64,000 bases of DNA from Balanoglossus misakiensis (Eukaryota > Animalia > Hemichordata), in the NCBI GenBank assembly GCA_040954595.2, contig CM082577.2, positions 6,436,301 through 6,500,300 on the forward strand, written 5' to 3'. Below the pieces are notes generated by a model, which made no database searches, was not told the origin of the DNA, and saw only the letters and a program-made list of their open reading frames with translations. This document shows, piece by piece, positions 23,692 to 38,000 of the stretch (position 1 is its first letter; each line of letters starts with the position of its first letter). A program made the translations under genes and the position numbers.

Positions 23692-26600
23692 TCAGATTCG
23701 TCTGTTGATCCTCTCGTTTCTTGGCACTGTGAATCCGGACACGGAGAGCGTGGCTTTCTGCGTGTGTGCCGGGATTGACGGCTGCTTCCGGGCGTTCCTC
23801 TGTGATCCCTGTGGCGTGCTGCTGGCAGAGGAGTCGGACAGTGGCGCGTTCGTCACACCTGTGTGACAAAAAAAACACAGACAAACAAAACAAGATATAT
23901 CAGTATGAGGATGCAGTCAAATCTAATTTAAATATGCCCATATATGGTCAAATTGGTGTGTCTAAGTCTTCTAATGGCCTTCCCCTCAGCATACAATATA
24001 CATGTACGTGTTCATGATTCAGGTACCCTGAGCGTAAGAGTAGCATCATTGTTCTATTATTCATTTTGGCCCTAGAGCTTTAATTGCAAGCTACATGTAT
24101 GTTTTCCTTACCTCTGTATTTCTTCTGGACAGTTTGACCTTTGCCCCTCTCAGCGCCCGCTTGGTAGACTGTCATTGGCGGAGTCTGTGACACCTCAAAC
24201 GTCAGCACATCACTGTCACCTGCAACAGCCAGTACAAAGGATACTGTTACTGACATTGACAATGATAGAACTTGGAAGTACATGTAATAATATACAACAA
24301 CAGGACTGTTTCAGTGTGGTACAATGTACGGTACATGCAAGAGTACCAATGACATGGTGTATTTGAATTTTTCACCTGAAAAGAGTGGTTGTCTTGATGT
24401 TGGAGCCGCCACCTTCCTGCCTGCTGCTCTTCTATTATGACCGCCATGCTTCTTCAGAAAGTTGGACTGGAAAATTACAAAGAAGATGAGTTAAAATCAA
24501 GTTGCACTGTACGAGAGATAGTATACATACATGTAGTGCATTACATGAGTTAGAATATACATTGTAGAAATATCAGAACAACTTCAGAGGCAAGTCTTTC
24601 TTTTTTCATAAACACAGCTTCCAAATCACAGCAAAGTCTCACAAAAACACAAGATGGCTTAGAGAAATGCTATATTTGCATAAAATATTCATAAGTCGCC
24701 CTTAAATTTTGTGTCTTTCAGAATGGCAAGGAAGGTTTTGAAGTTAATGATTTTCATAGTAAGATGTTTTTGCGCGATGAACATTTTCAGGACATGGTTG
24801 CTGTACGTGTCTACACCACCTCACCTGGTCATACGGCCTATTGTTACTCCTCCTGTGTCTCTTGTCAGTAACTTGTTTACTGTTATTCTTCTTCGCGCCG
24901 CCGTAGCCATATCTGTTTCTTGTGTTGACGCTAGTGCTGTCACTCAATCCCCCGCCGCGTCTGTCGCCAGCGTCGATCGAGAAACTGTCTTCGCTCAGAG
25001 CCTGCGCCGGCGGCGGGGTGAGATTCCCCAGAAGCCGGTCGTGTTTGGCCAATCGGCTGCGCGACAGGTACTCCGACTCCACGTCCGACTCGCTGACCTC
25101 GTGCACCGAGTTCAGCGACACGACGCTCTTGTCCTGCAGGTTGAGCCGGTCGAACTTCGGCTTGGAGTACAGCGCCTGCCGGGTCTTGCGCTTGGCGGCG
25201 ATCGCGGCGATGTTCTTGGTCTTCTTGTTGATTTCCTTCTTGTCGTTGAGGGACGGGTTGGAGGACTTCTTGCCTCCCTCGTCGCTGGAGTGCGATAGGT
25301 GCAGTTCAGTGGGCGTGGTGCTGCCACTGCTGGGTGTGAGTTGTGTGATGAAAGTGTCCGAGGGCACAGATTTGCTCTGTTTTGGTAGCACCGTAGATCG
25401 CTGCTCTTTCTCCCGCAGTTGTCGGGAACGAGGACTCTGCTTGAACAACCTCGTCTGGTTGTTGTCCTCTTGACTGTGGAGAGAAGGCGGGAAACAAGAA
25501 GTTATGATTACAAAATAAACATTGATGAACTCTGACTGACCCCTTGACCCCTGAACCTTGACCTACCATTTGACCACTGGATGACCCCTAAACTTTTAAT
25601 CACCCTTGACCCAAACCACAGACTCAACTGTACCCCAGACCCACTCCTTTGACCCTCGAACCATGGCTTGCCCTTTGACCGCTCATCTTGACAGACTTAA
25701 CCCTTGAGAAACTGAATCACAAAATCTTTACAGAAAACTGCAGTGGAGAGACATACCTGTTTCTTTCGTTGGATCTTTTTGGCAAAAGTTTCTTTGTAGG
25801 TGGGAGTGGATCATCTTTCTCATCACTTGTGTCTTCACTTTCCAGATGAAACTGTGCGTTGATCATGGGAAGAGAAAAGTCCTGAAATGAGAGCCAAAGC
25901 AAACATTAGTCAGTCATTTCCTACATTTGAGAAAATGAAAACTTCATTTTCTTTCCCAAAAAGAAATGTTATGACTGACTGCAAACCAGCAAGTACAACT
26001 CTTTCTCACCTTGGCAGGTTCCAGCGTCGTCGACGTGTATCGACTCAGATTCCCCTCCTCGACCATCATCAGCTGGTACTGCTCGTAGAGATCCTCCAGC
26101 TCGCTTGTGCGTTGGACGTCGTTGTCGTCCATGAGGACCTTCTGCTGGTGGATGATCTCGTCACGCAGGCCCCGGTAGTGCTCGTAGCGCTCAATGACCA
26201 AATCCCGCTGCCTCAGCATGTTGTCCCTGATGAGCGCCGACGACTGCATCTCTGCGTTCTCCACTTCCAGCTCGTGGACTTTGCAGAGGAGACTCAGCAT
26301 CTCCTTCTGTTCTTCGCTGCTTATCTTCTGCGGAAGATTCTAGAATGGATAAATAACAACTGTCATCAAAACCCGAAACCTCCATCTCTGCCAAAACATG
26401 GACATTTTACAATTACAGTCAAACCTGTGTTAGTGGCCACCTCTATAGAGCGACCACCTCTATAGAGCAGCCACTTAGTTTCTGTGCAGTTTACACGTAC
26501 ATAATTGACCTGTGTATAAAGGCCCCTGTCTATAAAGGCCAGTTTAGGAAGGTCCCTTGACTGGCCACTATAGACAGGTTTAACTGTAGTCAATAACAAG

Positions 26601-29600
26601 ACCTGTTAAACAAACACAGCTGACAGTTTTCAGAAAATTAATCACGTCTGAAAAGCGGTAAACAATGTACATGACGTATGAACCTCAAATCGCCCCCTCA
26701 CCTGTTCGAGTTTAACAGCATCCTCCTTAACCACATCTAACTTCTTCTCCAACTCGGCTTTCAACTTGGAGATTTTCTTCTGCTCGGCCTGGAGAGAGGA
26801 GATTTCTTCTTTCGCGATGATGACCTCTGTCGGCTGGAGTGACGAACTCTCTTCAGACTCCATCTCCTTCTCTTGATTATTCTCTGGTTGGAGAAATAAA
26901 AATGGGAAAAGCTTGTCAATTTCCCTCTTAATTGTGCTTCGTTTGGCAAAAGCTGCAAGCCAAACTGCAGATGTTAAGAATGTGACAGCCAATCAAATTC
27001 AGGAATCCTGGCAGCTGACCGACAGCATTCTGGCTGTTTGAAAAAAACTCAGACACAAGCAATTTTGAGAACAGAACTGTTCTGATACTTCATAGAGGAG
27101 GACGTGCTTTCACTTCTAGATATTTAGTGACTATTTTCGGACACAACATCTGATATTTCTCACCTTTGTCTCTGTTGTCAAGACTGTCATCGGAGTCCTT
27201 TTCATTTTTCTTCTTCAGCGCTCTTCTGGCTTGTTCTTGCTCCCACCTGAAACAACACCAAGTTGCACTGTGTTAGCACAAGTCAGGGTGGAGTGGCAGA
27301 GGGAGGGAAAACCCCTTTTGAGTCGGCTACTTTAGCATCCAATGTCAACAGTTTACTTGACGTAATGTAGTAATTTTTTGATATTTCTATAAGGAGCCTT
27401 ATGTAATCACACTCACTCTGCAATAGTCAGCAGATGTTTGCTGGTATCCATGGCAATTTCCATGTTGGTGTTTTCCAGCTCCATGAGACTGCGCCGGATT
27501 TCCATCTGTTCCTGGAATGTTTTCACCAAGACCTGCCGCAGTTTGTCCAGCTCTTTCTTGTCCTGTAATGCTGCTGTTCTCTCAACTTCGGCTGAAAGGG
27601 AAAAAAAGACAAACATGGTATGAAAGTGAGAATCAGTTGAATCCTTATAGACTCTCTCACAGCCCATTGTTCGCTACAGGGCTCTTCACTGACGTGCCTT
27701 CAACCGTTTAGCAAAGGAGAAGCCCCATATGGTGTTGTGTATTCTATCAAATACCAAGTCTGAAAGTACCAAAATCTCTAATACTACGGTACTAGTTCAA
27801 AACTTACATTGTATGACTTTGATACTGGCTGGTCTTTGCTGAACTTCCTGCTCCGATATCTTCTGTTTTAACCTAGAGATCTCCTTTCTCAAATCTGCTA
27901 TGATGCTAGTATACTGTGCTATGTGATATGATACATTCATGAAGTTGGCTTTTACCTGAAGAAAATGATAAAAAAAAAGTCATCAGGTTTTTTCTTATTT
28001 TGTTGCAAAACTGTTTTTCTCTGTGAAAAGTAACATGTATAACATTCATATTGGAGACATTTGCACAAAAGAAATATCACATTTTAATTTTTTGATTATC
28101 CTCATGCTGTGGTGGCAGAATGTTCGACAATAGCAGCAGCATACAATTCTGTATGATCTAAAACTTTACACAAACTGCAAAATTTGCAAAAAAACTTACC
28201 CTTGTCTTGATATTTTTGGCCCTATCTGCATACAATAGTGTATTCCTAGATTCTTCAAAAAATAAACTTGCTGGGCTGATATGTGCTATCATGACGGTTC
28301 GACAGTTCCCTCCAAGTGAATCCTGGGAAAAGTCAGAGATCATTAAGCATTAGTGTCACAGAGAATTGGTTCATGATAAAGTGATTTCTCTCATTCTCAA
28401 ATTGAAAATAAATTGGATGGGAAAAATGATAAATCACAGATGTAGTACGTCTATCCAAATTTCTTACCTTTAACAACCTGGTGAGTTTGCTGTCTCTAAA
28501 ATTGACATATTTCGTGAGGCCGCCTCTCTCCGCCAGGGCGTTGATACAGTTACCTAGAGCTAGTAATGATCTGTTGATGTGAGCGCCCTCTATCATCCGT
28601 TTGCCACGGTTCTGGATAAGACCACAGGAAAGCATTTACAGAAATGTCAATTTGCACCAATGAACAATTTAGACAAAGTTAAGATAACTTAAGTGGCCAT
28701 GTCACATTTTTCTGAACATTTCAATTTCACCAACAATGTATGGTAATCATTTATTGAATTCAAATTTCACGTACATTATTGGTAATCTTACGGGGGAACG
28801 ACATTTGCACTTTGAGGCACTTAACAGCCATGACCTCGCTCACCAATTCTCTCAGATTCTGCAAAAAATCTCACCTTAGTTTGAGCGGCTCTTTCAGATC
28901 CTGCTAAATCTATCATGAATAACTTGCCCACTCTGATTTCTTGTGAAGTGTCCCGAACCCTGCTTCTCCTCTTGACCGTCACTTGTAGAATGGCGTGCGA
29001 TCTTGACGATGTCTTGTTGGCCGCTGTGGGCTCAGACGTACGTTCTTTGTTTCCTCGAGTGAGTAACCTCATTACCTGTAACAGTGGACGTTCAAAGATA
29101 AAAACTTTAGCGAGAAATCTGATTTCTAAAAACTTCCAAAGAGCACACATATCTACTCTTGGTCATTTTTGGTCATATTTACCGTAGTTTCAAATGCATA
29201 AAAATTGTTTATTCAAATATGCACAGTTTACACGCTTACCTCTCGGGTTGATTTAGTGGAGACTTCAGATATACCGGCAACTTGAACATTGCCGGTGGCG
29301 TCTTCCCTGAGATCAAGAAATCCAGCTGATGGATTCAGCAGGTCACGAATCATCTCGTTGTAAATCTGTGTGTACACACAAATAGATTGCCTTAGTCACT
29401 TTAGACGACATAAAAAACATCAACTGTAGAATAGTAAAAGGCGCCATTTGGGACTTTCATTGACAGTTGTACTAACAATTCATGAGTGTATTTATGCTTC
29501 AGGCGACCTGCTCCACTAGTATACCACTATAAGTGTCCACAGAACACTGTATGTCACATTTATTTAGGAGTACAGCAGCGTAAGTATACTACACAGACGT

Positions 29601-31956
29601 GTACTTTTTTAGCTGCTTTCCTTTTTATTTGACAATACTCACCGAATTGACATATCAGCTGTACATGCGCGAGTTCACTGTTCTAACTGCAATCACTTAC
29701 TTAGAGAGCTCATCCCTCAACATACATTATAAGCGTACCTTGACTTGTGAGTCACCTGACCTATCTCATCGAAAATGTGCCCCTACACTCACTACTGACG
29801 CCAACCTTAGTTGACCGATATTTCTCATTTCTGAGCGATGATCAGAATCTCACGCTGACAGGGGCACCCACTCAGAATTTATGATTGTCAGAGTTCAGTA
29901 AAATTCCACGGTATATTCCTGTAAGATTTACAGACAATTCGCTGATTTCCATGCACCTTTGTCTAGCTCCCACGCATATACCTTACCTCTAAGTACGACA
30001 TGGTGACTTTGTAGATGAGATCTTCCTTCGTAGACTCCATGGCCTGGAACAAATCGTTCAACGTCCGGGCCATGATTCCCGGATCCTCATCTTGTCCCAA
30101 CATGGTGTATGTCTTGCCAGCGCCTTATAGTTGAAGAGAAAAAAATAATATCAGAATTGATCTGTTTTATTTCCCAATCACGTTCTGCAAGTCTGCCTTT
30201 TCACATGGCTGCATTTGACTTGTCATTTCAATGCCATCATGCTGCACCGTGACGAGCATCACGAATCGCGCCACAGAGGGCATTGTCCGCACGCAGGGGT
30301 AATAATATCGCTCACAGAGATCAGCTACAATTCAAAGGCCTGCATTTCCCTCGGAGGCTAAGGCCACATGTCAGGCGTGACTGGGGATGCAGTGTGACAA
30401 CTAACAGGCCCCCGGGGGAAACCCCCATGCATTATGACGATAGACAGTCCCTGGGGAGAATCACCTTGTACATGTTGTACATGCATGTACCTGCATCATA
30501 TACCAGACTGTACAAAACAGCGTCTTTATTTATATTGCCTACAAGGAGGGTACCACGTCATTCACACTTCCACACAAAACTGGCAGACTGTCAGAGAGTG
30601 TTCACAAGTACAAGCGTACTTGCCAAATGCCTCTGGTGTTATAACTCTACCAAAGCTCTTAGTGTGCCAATGTTTTGAAACCCACCTGTGGCTCCATATG
30701 CAAATACTGTCGCATTGAAACCATCCAGAACGCCATCGATAAGAAATTTGGTGGACTTTTCGTACACTTCCTCCTAAAATGTAAAAAGAATGAAAAAGAT
30801 GAGAGTGAACCAGATGAGATAAAATTACCGATGAGAAGGGAAAACTCAACCCTGTCATTTCTCTTTTTAAAAAAAAAACACTGCAGCCCCGTCTGATTAC
30901 TCTGCATTGCAAGTCACAGAACACTAACTGCATTCTAAAACAAGTGTGAAATCAGAGCTGAGCTTGTTTGTCCTGTGACATTGATTTACTCTAAATGCAG
31001 TGTCTGCACTCAAGAAGGTGTCAAAAGCTGTTGGACAAGAGAGTTGGCCAGGTACATGTACTCTCCACAAGTACAACACTCTAAACCTGACACTGTTTAC
31101 TTTTTCGTCTGTGACTTACTTCACCACATGAATTCTAATGGGGTTTCAACAGCTCTCTGTCTACAGGTTATTCAGACTCAGAGAAATTATACAAATTTCT
31201 CTGCAGTTTTTTTCCAAGACAGATTATTCATTATTATTGAAAAAATATACTAATTAAGCTATGGTAGTCCTAAACAAAGTTAGTATTATTAAAACGTAAA
31301 TTATGGGTCAAATCTAAATTCAAATTCAATGCAATGATAGCAGCCCAGAATGTTGCTTTCAAAGAGGTGTGTGTTTCTGACTATTAAGCTTTGAATTCAT
31401 CATTTGGAAAACATGGCTGCGGTCCAAGACAGGCATGTACCCTGGGGAAATACCAAATCCACATCCAATGACACATACGGGAGAGAAACATGTCTAGGTT
31501 TGCTCAAGCTCATTATGGCTGACGTCCGAAGGTGTCCAATCCAAAATGAGTTTTTCTGTGTGTATTAGTGGGGCTTGCACGGTCTTCTCGTTTCTATACA
31601 AAAGACAGCTAGACTGCTGCGTTTTATTTTTTGCATGACGGCGTATCAGGTGGAAACAGGATATGTTGTAGATTCAAGGCAACCGGCAAGTTTAATTTTC
31701 AATTTCACATATTTGGATTGACAAAGGACTGATGTTAATAGCTTTGTAACAAAACCTGGAAACCTTATGTTTGCATGATTACACTTTAATTTCAACGTGT
31801 TCGCAAGCATTTGGTATGTGGCATTGTTCTGTCCACTTAGTAACAGATGTTTGGGTGACAGCTGAAAAATGTGAATTCCAAGCCAGATCAAATTTCCCCC
31901 TCCAGAATCTGAACGGCCAATTGCTTGTGATGATTCAAATTCCAGAGTTCCAGAAT

Positions 31957-32033
<77 letters not shown>

Positions 32034-35000
32034 TATCACCACCATCATCATCACCCCCCCCCCCCCACCACCCCCTGCAAGCCAATGATAGTGCTACAGT
32101 CATACCTATACAATATACATGTCAAATGTCAAATCAGAGATGATCTCCCTTCCTCCCAATATAATCATGGATTAAAAGTGCTGTGATATATCCTCTTTAT
32201 TTTGAGCCTATTGCAGAGGAACACAAAGTAAAACATTCTGGAGCATATTCTGTTGCTTTAGGAGACTAGGTTTTTAATCCTCTTTTCCAACCAGTATAAC
32301 ACTGTATTGACCCATTTACAGAAATTTTTTGTATATTTATATGGAGAGGGACAGCAGCCTTCATAGTCATAGTTATAATCAAAGAATGGAATCAAAACAA
32401 AAAGCAAATATTCTTCTGCATTTCAAGAATTGTTGCCATTTCACACATTTTGAATTTTTTTTACATTAAAATTGAAATTGAAAAGTAACTAACAAATCAC
32501 TCATCCTCAAGAATTTTGAGAAGTTCCTTATTGAACATTCTGATTCAATTTTTATTTGTTTCCAGAAAAAAATACAACACTTTTCATGTATTTTTCTGAA
32601 GCATATGTTCTTCATTGGTACTCCATTGGTAGTTGAGTTGAACCAAATGAATGTATTTGAATTCTCTGCTTGTGGGCTGTCAGTCAACATCCCATGCTGA
32701 GCTTGTCAAAAACACACTCCCTAATGACTGATAGTAGAACCAAGGAAAGCTAACTGATCAATAATTTGAAGAGGAAATTCAGCACAGATTGAGGGCATAT
32801 TCACCATAGAACTCGGTAATGGATGTTCATTGTATTTTCACTTTTTATACACAGGCGGGCGAACTGCCATTGCGTTTCTTCAGTCAATCCATGCGAATAA
32901 TGCAAAACCCATACGTCCACCACCACTGCAGCAATCGACAACATAATGATTTTTAATGTGCGAAGGACACACACTGCCAGCACGCACAAAACAACAAATA
33001 AATCTTGCGCTGTTAACATCTAAAGCACTCAAGAATGGCCCTCAATTGTGAAAGTCACATTCAATTCAAAAGACCAGTGTATTGCTATATAGCAAGTAAA
33101 ATCCACTGGTAAATGCATTAAGGTAGCCTGATACATTGTGATAACATTTGTACTTGCACATTCCTTGGCCAAATAAATTATTACATTAAAGTTCTTTGTG
33201 TGAATTTTCCTTTTTACTATTGCAAGTTGTAGTACAGGAAGTTTAGTCTGAAAAGCAGATTTCAGAAAATCTAGTTGAAAAAAGCACCACTGCTGCCGTT
33301 TTGACATGACAATTCAAAATGTATGTATACCGATACTGTCAGCAAAAACGGGCCTAAGATTTTTGGGAAAAAATGTTTCAACACAATTGATGAAAAAAAT
33401 TCAAGATCATTTTTTTCATTATTTTAGTTAAATTGTAATTATAATTACCGGTATAAGAAAGTCATAAAAAGTTATGAGGAAGTATCTGTTCATCTTCAAT
33501 ACGAATCCGGTTGTGTGAAAATTTGGTGGACTTCTGACCATCCTTTTGAGTTATGCAATTTAGAATACAAAGAAACCCATCAAAATGTCAAACAGAGAAT
33601 ATGCTAAAGACAGGAAATTATTGATGAGTGTTTAACTCAAAAGGCCATGATGGAAAAAGTAATTTTGTCTGAACTTCAAAGGAAACACCCCTGCTAACCT
33701 GTCACGCTATCTTAACAAGAAACCATTATCCCTGGTCTTTGCAAACACAAAGGACCAGGCGGGTAATGCGTGTATATAATGCATCCATGCCAATGCACAT
33801 CAGGAAAAAATCTTGTCCAATGCACACATTAACCACCGATAGTGAGCTTCATTTGAAAGTGCACAGAATACCATACGTGATAACGTCCACAGAATCTAAG
33901 AGCAAAAGTCAAACATCAATCTTATCACGCCAACAAATGATCAAAACAGCTCTCGTGTTATTATTCCTTTTGTATCTTTTAGACATTTCAGCGAACAGAC
34001 GATAACAGTGAAGCTATTACTTGGGGATTTAACCGTAGATCTCTGCTCTATGCAGCCAGCATCAGAAAATCTCACTTGAAATGCTGGCAGATGCGATCCA
34101 CTAGTCAAGTTTCAGGAGACTAGCCTGGATGCTTCAGGATATAACGCTATACACAGACACTTACACACGCTCTGTGGTATTGAAAAATGCTTACAATGCG
34201 CAGAACTATAGCAATTCACATCGCAATAGAAACTTGTGAAAATACTCAAAATCATCTAAATTGAACTTGTCTATTAAAAATGAAAAATTCCTCCACCACC
34301 AGCTGGGATCTTATAAGATTCACGAATGACGCAAAATATCATTTCATAAAATGGTACCTCCAGTTTCAATGCATCATTATGTTCTTCTAAATATTGACAC
34401 TGTTGTCACGGTGACAGCCTCGCTTTATCTATTGGAGGCAGATGTTTCAACAAAGCTGGTGTTATCAATACTCTTTTTTACTTTGTTACGCTTCAGGTTG
34501 CAATCAAACAGTCCTGGCAGTGTGTAAATATGAAACTATTGCTGTCAATAAAAATTTCGCAAATGATCCAATGACGGCAGCTGTGGCCTTTTTTTTTTTA
34601 AAAGGTACCTTTCTTTTTTCCACTGCCCCCAAATTTGACAAATTTTATCACCACTACAAATTACCAATAATTCCCTTTGAAATCATCATCATCATCATGA
34701 ATCATCATCATCATCATCATCATCATCGTCATGGCCATCGTCATCATCATCACCATCGCTACCACCATTAACAATGGCCTGTCCTATGTCTATAATGATT
34801 TGCATGCATGCAATATATAACAAATTATATCATGAAAGTGAATGCACTTAAAACTATAACGGGATATCATTTTTCATCATTCTAAAAGCTCTTTTCGCTG
34901 TGCTGGTCTTTCATCTTTCGTCTTAAGTCCTAATTCCACAACATTAAAGATCCCTGGCGACTTCAATAAGTAGGACACACATTGTTACAGAAACAGTACA

Positions 35001-38000
35001 AGTGTCGTTTTCCGACACAAAAGTGACAGAAAACAGGCAAAATCTTCAGGGTTGACATCAGAAAGCTTTCAGACAATATGTGCTTCCACATGTTCATTTA
35101 CAGTGGCTGTGCCATTAGCAGAATACAGACGCTAAACCAATTTGGTGACTCATGTCTGCTATGTTTACGGTAATGAGACGGAAAACTATCGGAAAAATAA
35201 TTGGGCAGCTGTGATTGTGAAATAGCTGTCCCATATATGGGTCCAACTGCAGTTAATCGATGTCCCAATACAGGCCAACAATTACCATCTAAACCGACCT
35301 CGTTGGGACTTGTGGGAACAGCTGCAGTTGGAAATGAAGATGCGGCGCGACCATCAACGCCACTGTCAATTTAATTCTGACCAGTTCAGACGCAGTAAGT
35401 GACTTTCTCTGGGAATAAATGGGAAGTGCATACGCTATCTTGGGAGAAGGCCGCAGTCTTGAATGCGAAGGCACTACTTTATCTGAGTGCTTGAGATGGG
35501 GGAAGAAGTGTAGACCTACAGACATACAACTAATTGGACGCTAGTATTGGTAGGAAGACCTCACATTCCAATTATACAGCTGACAGTATACGCCTCTCAA
35601 TTGACATTTTATCCACCCTGTGTTCCAGTAGCCATGGACACTGCTTATTTTCTTCTTTGTTCCCAAAACATAAAATGATTCAGCTATGTTTTTTAATGAT
35701 TGCAACTTTGATAAACTGTCCTCTGGGCACATACCGGTAAAAGCTATTTGTCTTGAAGAGAGATCATTTAAAAAATTTCTATATTCACCAGCTGAGTATA
35801 TATATTCTGTTGGTCATTTTAATATTCTAGGAATTCAATCGTTTTTTCTCTTTTTGTAAATACAGACTGTCGCCCACTTTAGGCAAAATATGTCTGCACT
35901 ACTTTACTGGATCAGAAAAATACTAGCTTTAATAGTGCCTATAGTCTATAGAGAACCGTTATTTTATCACAGTCTATGTATACAGCAATGAATGAGTTTA
36001 CGCAACAATAATTCAATGCAATGTCCTCTGGGCAATACATTTACTGATGTCTCTGCACCATCTGTATGTACGGGTACTCAATAACATTTTACATTCTACT
36101 CTGAGTACTAAGTCCAGCTTTCTCAATCTAAGTTTACCAATAACACAACCAGTTTTATCATCAGATGATGTCTATAACACAGCCAGTTTCATCATTAGAT
36201 GATGTTTTTTCCAATGTATCACGCTTTCTGAATGTATATGGGAAAATTAACTTAAATGTACCCGGTAGTAGCATAGCATCTGCAAGTGATATATGATGGA
36301 ATTAGAAAATAATATACAGCGCTGCATTTGTCATTAAAACTTGATTTGTCAGCTACTTCATCCCAGACACATCCTCAATCATTTCTACTCCATAAATCTC
36401 CCTTTTTACTGGGACTTGATAGAGCTTGGAAATTTCTACAAGCTCCACTGTCCATTTTCAGGACCATCTGGACAGGATGAAAAAAAAACTTTAAAAAGTG
36501 TAACCAGAATCTGACTGTGTCTGATGAATATTCACTCACCTGAGTGGCCTTGCCATCAAAAGCGAAGTCGAAGACATATTGCTTTTCCCTAGATCTGTTG
36601 GCTCTTAGGATATCGTCGGGATCTTCCGTGGGATCCAACAAAACCACCATCTGAGAAGAAAGCAAAGAATATCAGCCCAGTCAGAACGATATACGAAATT
36701 ATTCTAGTGTTAGCTCCCATTTTCTAATTGCTTAGTCAGCAATTCTTTACAGTATTTTGGATTTCAATATTGTATCACAGATATAAACGGAATTTATCAA
36801 TTTTACATTTGGCACTTTAACATCCATACTATCATTTTACATGAACATTGGTCCTTTATTAATTATATAGGGGAGGGGGCCAGGGGCGCAGAAGCAAACA
36901 TATTTTATTACCTGCAGCCACACTGACTTTATGGGGGAAAAAGAAATAATTTGACAATATGATGGTTTTGATGAATGTGCACAATTGTACCAAATGTGGT
37001 TGACACACAGATGCCGTTTATTAAATCTGAATTTACCTGAACATGTTTGTTGTGTACAAATCCCTTATGCAATGTGATTACTTTCGATACGACTCGATAT
37101 TCAGGGAATTGGATCACGAGTACGTCAGTTCACAGTGACTATTTTTCATCGCACTCTGATTCAGTAGACATGCATACCGGCACGTCAACTACAGCAAGGG
37201 TAATTTATAAAATAACTAGGCAGTAAATGCATAAACCATATATCATCAGATATAATTACTCTACTTTGGAGGCAAAAATAATGTGCAAATTCTTCGAGAA
37301 ATCAAATTTGCATACTGTATAATATAATAATGAAATTTTAATGAACACTACACCACTTTGTTTTCAGAAACAACAGATTCAATACTGTAATACGCAGTAC
37401 ATTACAAAATGTCATAAAGCATAGAAAATGAATCAGTTTTTCCTCATTTCCGGTATTTCAGTTTTTACTGTTTACTACCAACAAAGCACATCTTTTGTGG
37501 TCCATATCATACTCACTTTCTTTTTAATGAACTCGTCATCAAAGACGCCTGCAATCCTATAGTTCTCTAATTAGCATATGTGATTACGTCCTTTGATAGT
37601 CAATGTATACAATAAACCCTCATATTTGCAAAATGATTAAATTTGATGATTTCCTGTACAATGTCAGTAGAATCAAACAATACGTCATAATTTGAATTAC
37701 TTCATTCATCCTCTGACTAATTTTCTATTTATTAAACTTGATGAGTTTCAATGATTAATCAGCAAATGACGAGCTTGATTTTTGATATATCATATTTGCA
37801 CAGTTTCAAATTATAGTTCTTGAAATAATTACTGAAGGGTTTCATGTTTAATCAGCACTTGTTTCATTGCCAGGACTGCACTTGAAGAAATGACAACTAT
37901 TTTGGTATAAAGCAAAAACATGTTTCTTGATCTGATCCTAAAGACTAAAGCACGTCGACATGTTGTAAGGAGTAGAACGAGAAACTGAAGAGGATACACA

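Noticed and set aside
24711-26465. Long + strand ORFs (195, 183, 192 aa)
   Set aside because: Antisense shadows of GC-rich KIF19 exons.
30123-30130. AAG 3' splice sites (KIF19 exon 5; also MEIOB exon at 11483)
   Set aside because: Uncommon but known U2 acceptors; frames join normally.
31771-32103. Poly-Ile / poly-Asp ORFs (also the poly-His ORF at 34442-34771)
   Set aside because: Microsatellite artefacts.
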